From the NCBI RefSeq assembly GCF_001465295.1, contig NZ_CP011034.1, positions 2,280,001 to 2,312,000 of the forward strand: a DNA stretch of 32,000 nucleotides, in the 5' to 3' direction. Source of the DNA: Pseudoalteromonas translucida KMM 520. GTDB lineage: Bacteria > Pseudomonadota > Gammaproteobacteria > Enterobacterales > Alteromonadaceae. Below, piece after piece: positions 8,997 to 17,978 of this stretch. A program made the position numbers and the translations under genes. Within the stretch, counting starts at the first letter, position 1. Each line of letters opens with the position of its first letter. Below the pieces are notes generated by a model. That model searched no databases. It saw only the letters and a list, made by a program, of their open reading frames with translations, and was not told the DNA's origin.

Positions 8997-10196
8997 ATGA
9001 TAAATAAACTGCCCGTCACCGTGTTATCTGGTTTTTTAGGCGCTGGTAAAACAACCGTGCTCAGCCATATTCTTAATAATCGCCAAAGTAAAAAAGTCGC
9101 CGTTATAGTTAATGATATGAGCGATATAAATATTGATGCCGATACCATTAAAAGTGGTGTGTCGCTAAATCACAGCGACGAAAAACTCGTTGAAATGAGT
9201 AATGGCTGCATTTGCTGCACTCTACGAGAGGATTTACTTGTTGAAGTTGGCAAACTTGCAAAAGAAGGTCGCTTTGATTACCTCGTCATTGAATCAACGG
9301 GTATATCTGAGCCACTCCCGGTTGCCGAAACATTTACCTTTGCTGATGATAACGGTATTTCACTTGGTGATGTTGCAACCCTTGATACGATGGTAACGGT
9401 AGTTGATGCGGTTAACTTTTTAAATGATTACGAACAAGCAAACGATTTACAAGATACTGGCGAATCGTTAGGAGAAGACGACGAGCGCAGTGTCGCTGAC
9501 TTACTTGTTGATCAGGTTGAATTTGCCGATGTTATTTTAATTAGTAAAACTGATTTAATTACAAACGATGAATTAAATCGACTTACTGCCATTTTAAATA
9601 CGCTTAACACTCAAGCCAAAATTATTCCTATTTCAAACGGCAATATTAATATTAATGAAGTACTCAACACCGGCCTGTTTAATTTTGAGCGAGCCCAACA
9701 AGCTCCGGGCTGGCTTAAAGAAATGCGCGGTGAGCATATTCCCGAGACCGAAGAGTATGGTATTAGCAGCTTTAATTACACTGCGCGCCGCCCATTTGAT
9801 CCTGAAAAGTTTTATAACTTTCTTCATAGCACCGAACAATTTGGCAAGCTTATTCGCTCAAAAGGTTACTTTTGGCTGGCTACTCGGCCTTTATTTTGCG
9901 GGCAATGGAGCCAAGCAGGCGGTATTGCTCACTACGAATTTGCTGGCATGTTTTTTAAAGCCATCCCTCAAAAAGAGTGGCCTACAGAGCCCGAGCTGCT
10001 TGCTGACATAAATAATAAATGGGTAGAACCCTTTGGCGATATGCGTCAAGAGCTGGTGTTTATTGGTCAATCTTTAAATCAACAAGCGATGATTAAAGCG
10101 CTTGATGACTGCTTATTATCAGAAGATGCCGTACTTAAGGGTAAGGACTTTTGGAGAACCTATAACGACCCGTTTCCTATTTGGGAGGAAGAATAA
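8997..10196 (+). CDS. COG0523-family (CobW/ZigA/YeiR-like) metallochaperone GTPase
   Basis: Carries the P-loop [12 protein letters not shown], the metal-binding CICCTLRED (CxCC) motif and a CobW C-terminal domain. Confidence 0.9.
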   Translation: MINKLPVTVLSGFLGAGKTTVLSHILNNRQSKKVAVIVNDMSDINIDADTIKSGVSLNHSDEKLVEMSNGCICCTLREDLLVEVGKLAKEGRFDYLVIESTGISEPLPVAETFTFADDNGISLGDVATLDTMVTVVDAVNFLNDYEQANDLQDTGESLGEDDERSVADLLVDQVEFADVILISKTDLITNDELNRLTAILNTLNTQAKIIPISNGNININEVLNTGLFNFERAQQAPGWLKEMRGEHIPETEEYGISSFNYTARRPFDPEKFYNFLHSTEQFGKLIRSKGYFWLATRPLFCGQWSQAGGIAHYEFAGMFFKAIPQKEWPTEPELLADINNKWVEPFGDMRQELVFIGQSLNQQAMIKALDDCLLSEDAVLKGKDFWRTYNDPFPIWEEE

Positions 10197-10885
10197 TGAA
10201 CGCACTTGCCCCTTTAACTCACTCTACACCAGCTACAATGCAGCTATTGCGTAAAGCGGCTAAAAGCACTAATGCTAATGTACTTCCGCAAATTTATAAC
10301 GAAGATACCAATATTGTTATTTGGCAAAGAAGCACAGCCGAAAAACTAACAAAAGCAGTTAATATACTCATTGCCATCAGCGCGTTAAAACCATTAGAAC
10401 TTGCTGTATCGCCCAATGATGCTTTTGAGCAGTTAATAAAGGCGCTTAAGCCAGAAGATAATAATAGTGATGAGGTTAATACTCTTTGTGAAGACATTGC
10501 CTTACTTGTTGAAATGTTTTGCTGCCTGTGTGATTTAAAGCGCGCAGGTTTAAGACTAAAAGTATTAGATAAACCCATGTGCCCGCGTTTTCATGTAGAC
10601 AAAATTCCGTGCCGATTAGTTACAACCTATCACGGTGTTGCTACGCAGTGGTTAAATCACAGCGATGTAAACCGCTCAAAACTCGGTGCGGGTAATTTAG
10701 GTAAACCAGATGAAGAGTCTGGCTTATTTAAAAGCTTAAGTAATATTAACCAGCTACAGCAAGGTGATGTTGCCCTGCTTAAAGGAGAGTACTGGGATGA
10801 CAACGAAGGTGCAGGTTTGGTGCATCGCTCACCACCGGTAGCTGCAAACGAGCAACGCTTATTACTCACCCTAGATTTTATTTAA
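10196..10885 (+). CDS. Conserved hypothetical protein, probably DUF1826-like, translationally coupled to the COG0523 gene
   Basis: The ATG at 10196 overlaps the upstream TAA (TAATG) and follows GGAGGAAG. The track start at 10181 is a TTG inside the upstream gene. The DUF1826 assignment comes from my memory of typical COG0523 neighbours and is not verified. Confidence 0.55.
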   Translation: MNALAPLTHSTPATMQLLRKAAKSTNANVLPQIYNEDTNIVIWQRSTAEKLTKAVNILIAISALKPLELAVSPNDAFEQLIKALKPEDNNSDEVNTLCEDIALLVEMFCCLCDLKRAGLRLKVLDKPMCPRFHVDKIPCRLVTTYHGVATQWLNHSDVNRSKLGAGNLGKPDEESGLFKSLSNINQLQQGDVALLKGEYWDDNEGAGLVHRSPPVAANEQRLLLTLDFI

Positions 10886-11005
10886 TACAAGTAATGTTTT
10901 ATAAGCGACGTTAATTTAAGTTTGATTTTAGAGGCAGCTTAAGTAATCAATTAGTACTCAGTATTAATTGATTACTTAGATAATTATTTAAATAGGAACA
11001 TGTTT

Positions 11006-11160
11006 CTAAATTTCTTTTAAGCCCCTATTTATTGCCACTAAATCATCGCCTGTTAGTGTGCCTGCGGCTTGCTTTAATGCTATATACGTTGCAATACCTG
11101 GCACCACTTGGTTATAAGAGGTAATAACTGAGCGTGTAATTACACGGTAATTTGTTTCTA
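11006..11160 (-). pseudogene. C-terminal remnant of a TolC-family outer-membrane efflux protein
   Basis: The minus-strand translation LETNYRVITRSVITSYNQVVPGIATYIALKQAAGTLTGDDLVAINRGLKEI* resembles the TolC C-terminus (..INQLNIKSALGTLNEQDLLALNNAL..). There is no upstream body. Confidence 0.4.
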
Positions 11161-11199
11161 GATCTTAGCTTGCTGATACATAAAATACGCGTGCTAGAT

Positions 11200-11412
11200 C
11201 AGCAAACTAGCGATACGGGCTCAGCTGTTGCGGTTATTCAATTTTGTTCAATGATTGCAGGAGCAACCGGCATGATGCTGGTATCTATTCGCCCAGATGA
11301 GCTTATAAGTGACTTAGGTATTATTCAGTTAAGTATTGGCGCTATTGCTTTGGTTTTATGGTTACTGGTAAAAAATAAATCGTATGTAATAAACAACCTA
11401 TATAAAACTTAA
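11200..11412 (+). pseudogene. C-terminal remnant of an MFS (Bcr/CflA-like) transporter
   Basis: The track ORF 11152..11412 ends ..DTGSAVAVIQFCSMIAGATGMMLV...LSIGAIALVLWLL, which looks like the last two TM helices of a Bcr/CflA pump. No N-terminal 300 aa are present. Confidence 0.4.
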
Positions 11413-11506
11413 ATAGGTAATGGCGTGCTTTTTTCAATAATTAGCCAGCACTTAATGCCTTTTAACACTCAATACTAAGTGACTAATTAATTGTGTAAAG
11501 TAGCGC

Positions 11507-11534
11507 TAAAAAAACGCCCCTAAAAGGAGCGTTT
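11507..11534 (-). terminator. Rho-independent terminator (minus-strand AACGCTCC tttta GGGGCGTT + T7)
   Basis: Stem-loop plus U-run about 57 bp downstream of the stop at 11591. Confidence 0.6.
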
Positions 11535-11590
11535 AATTAAACCCAAAACAGATTAACTGTATGGATTGGTGCAATTTGGAATTATATTTA

Positions 11591-13084
11591 TTAGGCTTTT
11601 TTCATACTGCCTTGCTCTTCAAGGCGAATATGCCAGCTAAACGCTTCCTCTAGTAAATGAGGTGTATGTCCGCCTCGCTTACAAGCGCGCTCATAGTAAT
11701 CTAGCATGGCGTCACGGTAATCTGGGTGCACACAGTGCTTAATAACTTGTACAGCACGTTCACGTGGCGCTAAGCCGCGTAAATCTGCTAAGCCTTGCTC
11801 GGTTACTAATATATCAACGTCATGTTCGTTATGATCAACGTGGCTTACCATAGGCACTACACTCGAAATAGCGCCATCTTTAGCTATCGACTTAGTAACA
11901 AATATCGCTAAATGCGCATTACGTGCAAAGTCACCCGAGCCTCCAATACCATTCATCATGCGAGTACCACAAACGTGGGTTGAGTTTACGTTACCGTACA
12001 TATCAAACTCAAGCGCAGTATTAATTGCCACTATGCCTAAACGACGTACTATTTCAGGATGATTCGATACTTCTTGCGGACGTAACACTAACTTATCTTT
12101 ATATTCTGATAGGTTATTAAATACTTTTGCGTTACAACGCTCTGATAATACAATTGAACTGCCTGAAGCAAATTTAAGTTTACCGGCATCAATTAAATCA
12201 AAGGTCGAATCTTGTAGTACTTCTGAGTACATTGTTAAATCTTCAAAATCAGAATCTAACAATCCCATCATTACCGCGTTAGCAATATTACCAATGCCAG
12301 CTTGTAATGGCCCTAAGTTTTCTGCCATACGCTTTTGTGCTACTTCTTCTTTAAAAAAGCTCACTAAGTGGCTGGCAATAGCCGCTGTATCTACGTCAGG
12401 GTCGGTAACGGTTGAAAACGAATCGCTCTGATTAGTAAAAACAATGCCAACAATTTTAGCAGGGTCAATTGGAATAGCCGTGCTACCAATACGATCATCT
12501 ACTTTAGTTAAAGGAATAGGTTGGCGCACAGGGCGATACGAAGGTATATATATGTCATGCAAGCCTTCAAGTTCAGGGCTGTGCAACATATTTATTTCAA
12601 TAATCACTTCTTTAGCAAAAATAGCAAAACTTGCAGAGTTTCCTACCGAAGTAGTAGGCACAATATGGCCTTCTTCGGTAATGGCTACCGCTTCAATAAC
12701 CGCCACATCAGGCATAGTTAATTGGTGATTGCGCAACTGCTCAACGGTTTCTGATAAATGCTGATCAATAAACATTACTTCGCCGTTATTAATCGCTTTA
12801 CGTAATGTGCTATCTACTTGAAAAGGCATACGGCGGGCTAGCACACCCGCTTCTGTAAGTAGTTTATCTAAATCATTACCTAACGACGCACCGGTCATTA
12901 GGTTTATTTTAATTGGATTATTTTTAACGCGCTTAACCAGTGCTCTTGGCACGGCTTTAGCTTCACCGGCACGAGTAAAGCCACTCATGCCTACTGTCAT
13001 TCCATCTTTAATAAATTGGCTAGCTTGTTCTGCTGACATTACTTTTTGGTGCAGATTGCTATTGCGGATACGTTCTAACTGCAT
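11591..13084 (-). CDS. Acetyl-CoA hydrolase/transferase family protein (succinate/acetate CoA-transferase type)
   Basis: Full-length 497-aa ORF. The N-terminus (SAEQASQFIKDGMTVGMSGFTRAGEAKAV) and the motif MNGIGGSGDFARNA are typical of the Ach1/Cat1/AarC family. Confidence 0.9.
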   Translation of the reverse strand: MQLERIRNSNLHQKVMSAEQASQFIKDGMTVGMSGFTRAGEAKAVPRALVKRVKNNPIKINLMTGASLGNDLDKLLTEAGVLARRMPFQVDSTLRKAINNGEVMFIDQHLSETVEQLRNHQLTMPDVAVIEAVAITEEGHIVPTTSVGNSASFAIFAKEVIIEINMLHSPELEGLHDIYIPSYRPVRQPIPLTKVDDRIGSTAIPIDPAKIVGIVFTNQSDSFSTVTDPDVDTAAIASHLVSFFKEEVAQKRMAENLGPLQAGIGNIANAVMMGLLDSDFEDLTMYSEVLQDSTFDLIDAGKLKFASGSSIVLSERCNAKVFNNLSEYKDKLVLRPQEVSNHPEIVRRLGIVAINTALEFDMYGNVNSTHVCGTRMMNGIGGSGDFARNAHLAIFVTKSIAKDGAISSVVPMVSHVDHNEHDVDILVTEQGLADLRGLAPRERAVQVIKHCVHPDYRDAMLDYYERACKRGGHTPHLLEEAFSWHIRLEEQGSMKKA

Positions 13085-13393
13085 ACTACTGAGCCCCTTT
13101 TTAATTTGGCGTTATTTTAAGTATTACAGCGCACTTCGCAATCTAGACTTAGGTCGCATTTACTAAATTAAGTTACGCAAACACAGAGTAAAGTGCCTTG
13201 GTGCTAGTAATCTACTTTAATGAGCGAGTATTTATATAAATTTAATGTGTTTGATATAAACCTAAGTTTTAAGTGAATATTTAAAATGCGGGATTAAAAT
13301 TGGAAAAAAGTAGAATAATGAGAGAAAAATAAATTGAATATAATTGTAGTTTAAAAAGTGGCTTAATTATAAGTAATTAGTTTATACACCCAA

Positions 13394-13498
13394 TGTTGTT
13401 TGAAGTATAAGTTGGCATAAGTACAAACGAGCTTATTGTGCTACAGCTCCGTTAGTGTAGTGTATGTTGGCATAATATTGAAGTAAAAATTGGCATAA
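13394..13498 (+). repeat. CAST left end: terminal TGTTGTTT (13394-13401) plus three direct 18-bp TnsB-type repeats (13403-13420 AAGTATAAGTTGGCATAA, 13458-13475 TAGTGTATGTTGGCATAA, 13481-13498 AAGTAAAAATTGGCATAA)
   Basis: Repeats read directly from the sequence; consensus wAGTrwAwrTTGGCATAA. The layout is a terminal site, a gap, then two adjacent sites. The TGTTG terminus mirrors the Tn6677 left end (TGTTGATG-CAACCATAAAGTGATA...) as I recall it. Confidence 0.6.
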
Positions 13499-13594
13499 TG
13501 TTACCAAATGCTGGTTTTATAAAGCCAACCACATAAAAATACTGTCAAGTTTAGTTGGCTGCTATGTGCCATAAACGGAAGATTATAACCTTAG

Positions 13595-13753
13595 TCACTT
13601 TGCATGATAACGAGTTATTTCATTTTCACATTTTTCCCTTAACTCAGGCGTATCCACATTAGCTACTCTCACACTTATATTCTTACCAAAAATTCGGAGC
13701 ATATCAGAATCAAGGTTGACTCTAAACGCGCCTCCATCGCAAATGCTTACAAT
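13595..13753 (-). pseudogene. Possible thermonuclease (SNase-like) family remnant
   Basis: The minus-strand frame reads ICDGGAFRVNLDSDMLRIFGKNISVRVANVDTPELREKCENEITRYHAK*, resembling the DGDT...RL.GIDAPE..+C..E core of small thermonuclease-family proteins. It has no start codon and is truncated at about 52 codons. Confidence 0.3.
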
Positions 13754-14020
13754 TTAAGTGACGTTCAAAACCCCATAAGTTTTTGCTACCGACAATGGTA
13801 CAAATAGAAGAGTTCAAATGGGTATAGTATATTTCATAATGTAGGCTTGATTAAAAATTATTAATTGGTGAAAATATAGCATTGTACAGAAATAGTTATG
13901 CATGGATCGCTTAAAACTAATTAAACTTGACTGAATACTATTAGTCAATTTAGCTCTCCAATCATTAAGCTTTTCCAAGTCTAAATCAGTCTAACTTTAA
14001 AAATAATTAAGGAAAATTAA

Positions 14021-14734
14021 ATGGCATTAGTTAAATGTAAAGAGTGCGGTGAAGAGGTTAGTAATAAAGCTAAATCTTGCCCCAAGTGCGGTGCAAAAGC
14101 TTCTAAGAAAACATCGTTACTCACATGGCTTGTTCTAATCCTAATAATTCTAGGAGTTTATGTATCAGGTCAATCAACAGATAGGGCAACTAAACCATCT
14201 ACAAAAGTAAGCAGTTCAGATAAAGGTGAGACTATAAAATCCGAAAAAGTACAAAAAGCTGCACCACCAAAGCCAGTTTGGGTTACGTCAGTTTCAAAAG
14301 ATGAGATGACAGGTAAATTCACTGCTTTTGCTCATTCCCCTAGAGCTTATCCCTCGAAAAAAATGGGGTTTCCATACCATGATGTTTATAGTTATATGGG
14401 CGTGGGCTGTAGTGCAGGTAAAGAATGGGTGTATTTAGGCTTTAATGATTCCCCAAATTTATCAAAAGATACTACAAAAAGTGGTTACAACTTAATTAAA
14501 ACACGTATTAAGTGGAACGATAATGTTGAGGACATTTCACTTACCCAAGATTGGGGTGCAAAATTTTTACATTTTAATGATGATTCGATAGTAATTTCAA
14601 AAATAGAAACTTCTAATACAGCGCTTGTTGAACTTCAATGGCATGGTGAGCAAGCGACATATTTCAAATATTCTCTTAGTGGTTCATCAAAAGCGATCTC
14701 TGAAATTAGAGGGAAGTGTTCTAAAAATAAATAA
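14021..14734 (+). CDS. Zinc-ribbon, single-pass membrane protein of unknown function
   Basis: N-terminal CxxC-N10-CxxC (KCKECGEEVSNKAKSCPKCGA), then one TM helix (LLTWLVLILIILGVYV) and a ~170-aa extracytoplasmic domain. An AAGGAAAA RBS precedes the ATG. Confidence 0.6.
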   Translation: MALVKCKECGEEVSNKAKSCPKCGAKASKKTSLLTWLVLILIILGVYVSGQSTDRATKPSTKVSSSDKGETIKSEKVQKAAPPKPVWVTSVSKDEMTGKFTAFAHSPRAYPSKKMGFPYHDVYSYMGVGCSAGKEWVYLGFNDSPNLSKDTTKSGYNLIKTRIKWNDNVEDISLTQDWGAKFLHFNDDSIVISKIETSNTALVELQWHGEQATYFKYSLSGSSKAISEIRGKCSKNK

Positions 14735-14795
14735 GCGCTAAAGATTTTTAACCGTGTGATAAAAGTTATATCACATGAATAAGTCTTAACTTAAT

Positions 14796-14835
14796 CTGTC
14801 AGGTTTGATTTTTAGGTTTTGATCAAATCTGACAG
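14796..14835. terminator. 14-bp stem hairpin (CTGTCAGGTTTGAT ... ATCAAATCTGACAG) between convergent genes
   Basis: Read directly from the sequence, with one G-U pair. No clean U-run follows on either strand, so function as a bidirectional terminator is tentative. A smaller 7-bp hairpin lies at 14755-14775. Confidence 0.4.
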
Positions 14836-14881
14836 CCGCCTATGTACCATCAGCGGACTGTAGTAGCCTTAGTCTCTTGTA

Positions 14882-15091
14882 TTAGTTATTTTCAGGCAGT
14901 TTCTTAATAACTAAAAAGTAATAAACGAGGTATCCTAACCAAGAAATAAAGAATGACATTAAGAACCAAACGACTTTGTTAGTGCCTTCTGCTTTTTTAG
15001 ATACTAAAGCTAGAATCCAAGGCAAAGCCCCCACAAAGAAAACAAATAGCAAAATAAATATTTGCCATAGACTAATTCCACCTAACCCCAT
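14882..15091 (-). CDS. Small two-TM membrane protein (PLDc_N-like?)
   Basis: 69-aa ORF with two hydrophobic helices. GGAG-like sequence lies upstream. The family call is tentative. Confidence 0.45.
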   Translation of the reverse strand: MGLGGISLWQIFILLFVFFVGALPWILALVSKKAEGTNKVVWFLMSFFISWLGYLVYYFLVIKKLPENN

Positions 15092-15172
15092 ATTAACTCC
15101 TTTATAACTTAAAACATCCGTTCTTTACTGCTCACATTGTACCAAAATTAATTATTACTTGCCTTGTATTTT

Positions 15173-15179
15173 CAGTAGC
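15173..15179. repeat. IS21 target-site duplication, left copy (CAGTAGC)
   Basis: An identical 7-mer directly abuts both IS termini. Confidence 0.6.
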
Positions 15180-15242
15180 TATCTAGCGTCAATTAACTTG
15201 GCCGGTTCCGCGTCAATTATCTTGGCCGGTTGATACCGAATT

Positions 15243-15995
15243 TTATTTACTCTTATTGAGCGCTGTTTTGCGCCGGTAACTGTCACCTTCGCAATGAATA
15301 ATCGTGGCATGATGAACCAAACGATCGATCGCCGCGACAGTCATTGTTGAATCTTCAAATAGTTCATCCCATTGCTCAAATGATTTGTTTGATGTGATGA
15401 TCATGCTGTGTCGCTCATAGCGATGGGCTATCAATTCAAACAGCACGCTCGTTTCCTGTTCCGTTTTTCGAACGTAACCAACGTCATCAACGATTAATAA
15501 GCTGTATTTATCGAGCTTTACAAGTTCATCTTGCAAGCGTAAATGTCGCTTTGCTTGCTGGAGTTGTTGAACAATCGTTGACGCGGCAACAAACTTAACT
15601 TTATGGCCCTGCTCGATAAGGCCATAACCGATACTACTGGCGATATGCGTTTTACCAAGACCACTGGCGCCAAATAGCAATATATTGCCACCGTACTTCA
15701 ACCAATCCGGCTGATTTATTAAATCAGCAACAAGGGGCTTACTAACCCCATCAACAAGGGTAAAGTCGAAGCTGCTAAGGTGTTTACCCACTGGCAATTT
15801 TGCATCTTTTAAAAGCCGCTGAAGGCGTTTGTCATCGCGTGTCGCAAGTTCAACATGACACAGCTCAGACAAGTATTGCTGCGGGCTCCATTGTTCTTCT
15901 ATCGCTTTTTTGCCCAGAGTATTCCACTGTTGAAGCATGGTGCTAAGCTTTAATTGTTTCAGCATTAAAGGTAACGAGGCCGTGAAGTTATCCAT
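15243..15995 (-). CDS. istB: IS21 helper ATPase IstB
   Basis: Walker A LLFGASGLGKTH and Walker B LLIVDDVGY. Overlaps the istA stop by 8 nt. Confidence 0.9.
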   Translation of the reverse strand: MDNFTASLPLMLKQLKLSTMLQQWNTLGKKAIEEQWSPQQYLSELCHVELATRDDKRLQRLLKDAKLPVGKHLSSFDFTLVDGVSKPLVADLINQPDWLKYGGNILLFGASGLGKTHIASSIGYGLIEQGHKVKFVAASTIVQQLQQAKRHLRLQDELVKLDKYSLLIVDDVGYVRKTEQETSVLFELIAHRYERHSMIITSNKSFEQWDELFEDSTMTVAAIDRLVHHATIIHCEGDSYRRKTALNKSK

Positions 15996-17481
15996 GTAGG
16001 CCTCCCGGTATCATGCTGCTATAAGCGCTCAAGCTGTGTTGCTTTATTGTCATTGTGGGTCTGTTTGATGCAATCACTAAAAATTGCGCTTCACATTCTC
16101 GGATGGCCGGTAATTGTCGCTGAGTAATTGACGCTGCTACAAATCGCCCTAATTGACGCTCACACCCACTTTGTTTCGCTAAATGGAGCAGTTTTACCAT
16201 GTAATAGCTCGCTTCATCCGCTAAAAGCTGGGCATTAACGTATTCCCAAATAGCTTTGTAATTGTCGTTTGGGAGTAAGTCGTCACGTAGTTGTGAGTAG
16301 CGAAATGCCAATGGTTTTTTAACCAGTGCGTCAATAACATGCAAGTAACTAATATTACGTGCACGGCACCCTTTAGAAGCATAGACACGCGCTAACGTTT
16401 GAACTAAATCGCTGCCATAGCGCAGCTCTAAACGGTTGTCATATAAACGAACAAGTAATCGGCTACCAATAAGGCGTGACGGGACGCTATAGGTAACACG
16501 TTTCAATGAAATAGTACTCGTACGTGACACCGTTAGGTAATGCTCGGTGTAATTGACGCTCATCGCCCGTGGTAAAGCGTGTAATTGTCGCTGCTCTACT
16601 GCGTATTTATCACTTACACGGCGATTACGGCGAGCAACAATGTCGGCAATAAACGATTCATAGACTTCTCTTGTCTGAAAGTCATAACTACCACGGATTT
16701 TTAATGCTTGCTCCAGTTGCGATTTAAGATGCCCATGAGGGCTCTCAATAGCCCCATTTTCATGCGCAATACCGCGGTTATTGCGAGTCGCTTTAAAGCC
16801 ATAATGGATAACTAGCTCATTAAAGCGCTCTGTAAAATCATTATCATTAGTATGATTACGATAGGCGGCACTCAGACTGTCTGTACGCACTTCTTTAGGC
16901 ACACCGCCGGCTGCTTTAAATGCGTTTTGTACGCCATCAGAAAAAGCAGCAAAGCTTTCACCGCCGTAAATTACTTGGGCGTAAGCCTAGCCACTGGCGG
17001 GCATACGATAATGAAACAACATATGCTCAAGGGGTTCACTAGCAATGGTAACGGGTGACTTCACATGTGTGAAATCACATATACCTAATAGGCCATACTC
17101 GTGTGTTTGCAGGAATACGACCTCTTTGCTTGAGCCATACAGTGCCCGCCATTTATGAATTCGACGCTCTAATGTACGCCGTGAGCTCGGGTTAAATTTG
17201 TCGGTGTGAAACTCGCAAAGATGATCAAAAATTCCCACCGGAGTTAACGTTGCATCACCTTGAAGTAGAGGGACAACAATACTGTCCCAGATAGACTCAA
17301 GTGGATCTATACGCGTTCGCCATTGGCGTTTATTAGACAATGGCTGCTCATCCAGTTTATCAATGCGCCTTGCTGAACGTTCAGAAATACCTGCTTTCGC
17401 AGCCGCGATAACTTGGCTATTACGCTTTCTATGTTTCATATAAATAGTGACCTGCTGATCAGTGATTCGTGTTCCCGGCAC
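15988..17481 (-). pseudogene. istA: IS21 transposase IstA interrupted by a single in-frame amber codon
   Basis: Track ORFs 16987..17481 (HTH N-terminus) and 15988..16902 (DDE core) are in the same frame. The stretch between them reads through as ..RMPASG*AYAQVIYGGESFAAFSDGVQNAFKAAGGVPKEVRTD.., with TAG at 16987-16989. Confidence 0.85.
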
Positions 17482-17574
17482 AGTGAACTCCTCCGTTCTG
17501 CTGTACCGAACCTTATCAGATCAACCGGCCAAGATAATTGTCGCTAGACCGGCCACCGTAATTGTCGCTTAATA

Positions 17575-17581
17575 CAGTAGC
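17575..17581. repeat. IS21 target-site duplication, right copy (CAGTAGC)
   Basis: See the left copy. Confidence 0.6.
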
Positions 17582-17978
17582 ACTCTAAACTGTTGTTTGC
17601 CTGCTTAATGCTCCAAGCAAAACTTCGTAAAAGTGCCAAAAACAGTCATTCAGGTATAACTCGTTTCTGCTCCTTTATGAGTTAACGTAAATACTCTAAG
17701 GTCGCCTTTGAGCGAATACCGGTCATTGATATTGGCTAAATATCGTAGTTAATTGATTGGTCAAACTGTTGTTTGCGCACATATTCATGAAAATGAGCGA
17801 CGCGCGCATATTGGTTCATTTAACTTTACTTTAAAGCTTAAGAGACATAGTGATAGTAATATCTTAGGTTATTTGTTAAAACTATATTATATAATGTAGA
17901 AAAATGAATGTTTAGTCGGCAAAAATATGCATATGCGCGATGAGCGCACAATTAAATTATTAGGTAATTAGGGAAAAC

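Larger units (their letters stand above)
15180..17574 (-). mobile_element. IS21-family insertion sequence (2395 bp)
   Basis: Contains an istA-istB gene pair and ~55-bp imperfect terminal inverted repeats that stay in register from the first base (TATCTAGCGTCAATT... versus the reverse complement TATTAAGCGACAATT...). Each end carries two copies of the internal repeat GCG(T/A)CAATTAnnnTGGCCGG, as is typical of IS21. Confidence 0.9.

Noticed and set aside
13403-13498. TTGGCATAA repeats as sigma-54 promoters (TGGCA-N-TTGC)
   Set aside because: None of the three has a TTGC element at the required spacing after TGGCAT. Their phasing next to a TGT terminus fits transposase binding sites far better.
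17591-17776. Treating 17591 or 17767 as the true left end of the CAST
   Set aside because: Beyond the shared 9-mer there is no similarity to the 13394 end. No clean set of three co-oriented repeats follows, and I found no inverted terminus (AAACAACA) between 13500 and 17767 that would close an older tandem element. I kept this as a low-interest finding only.
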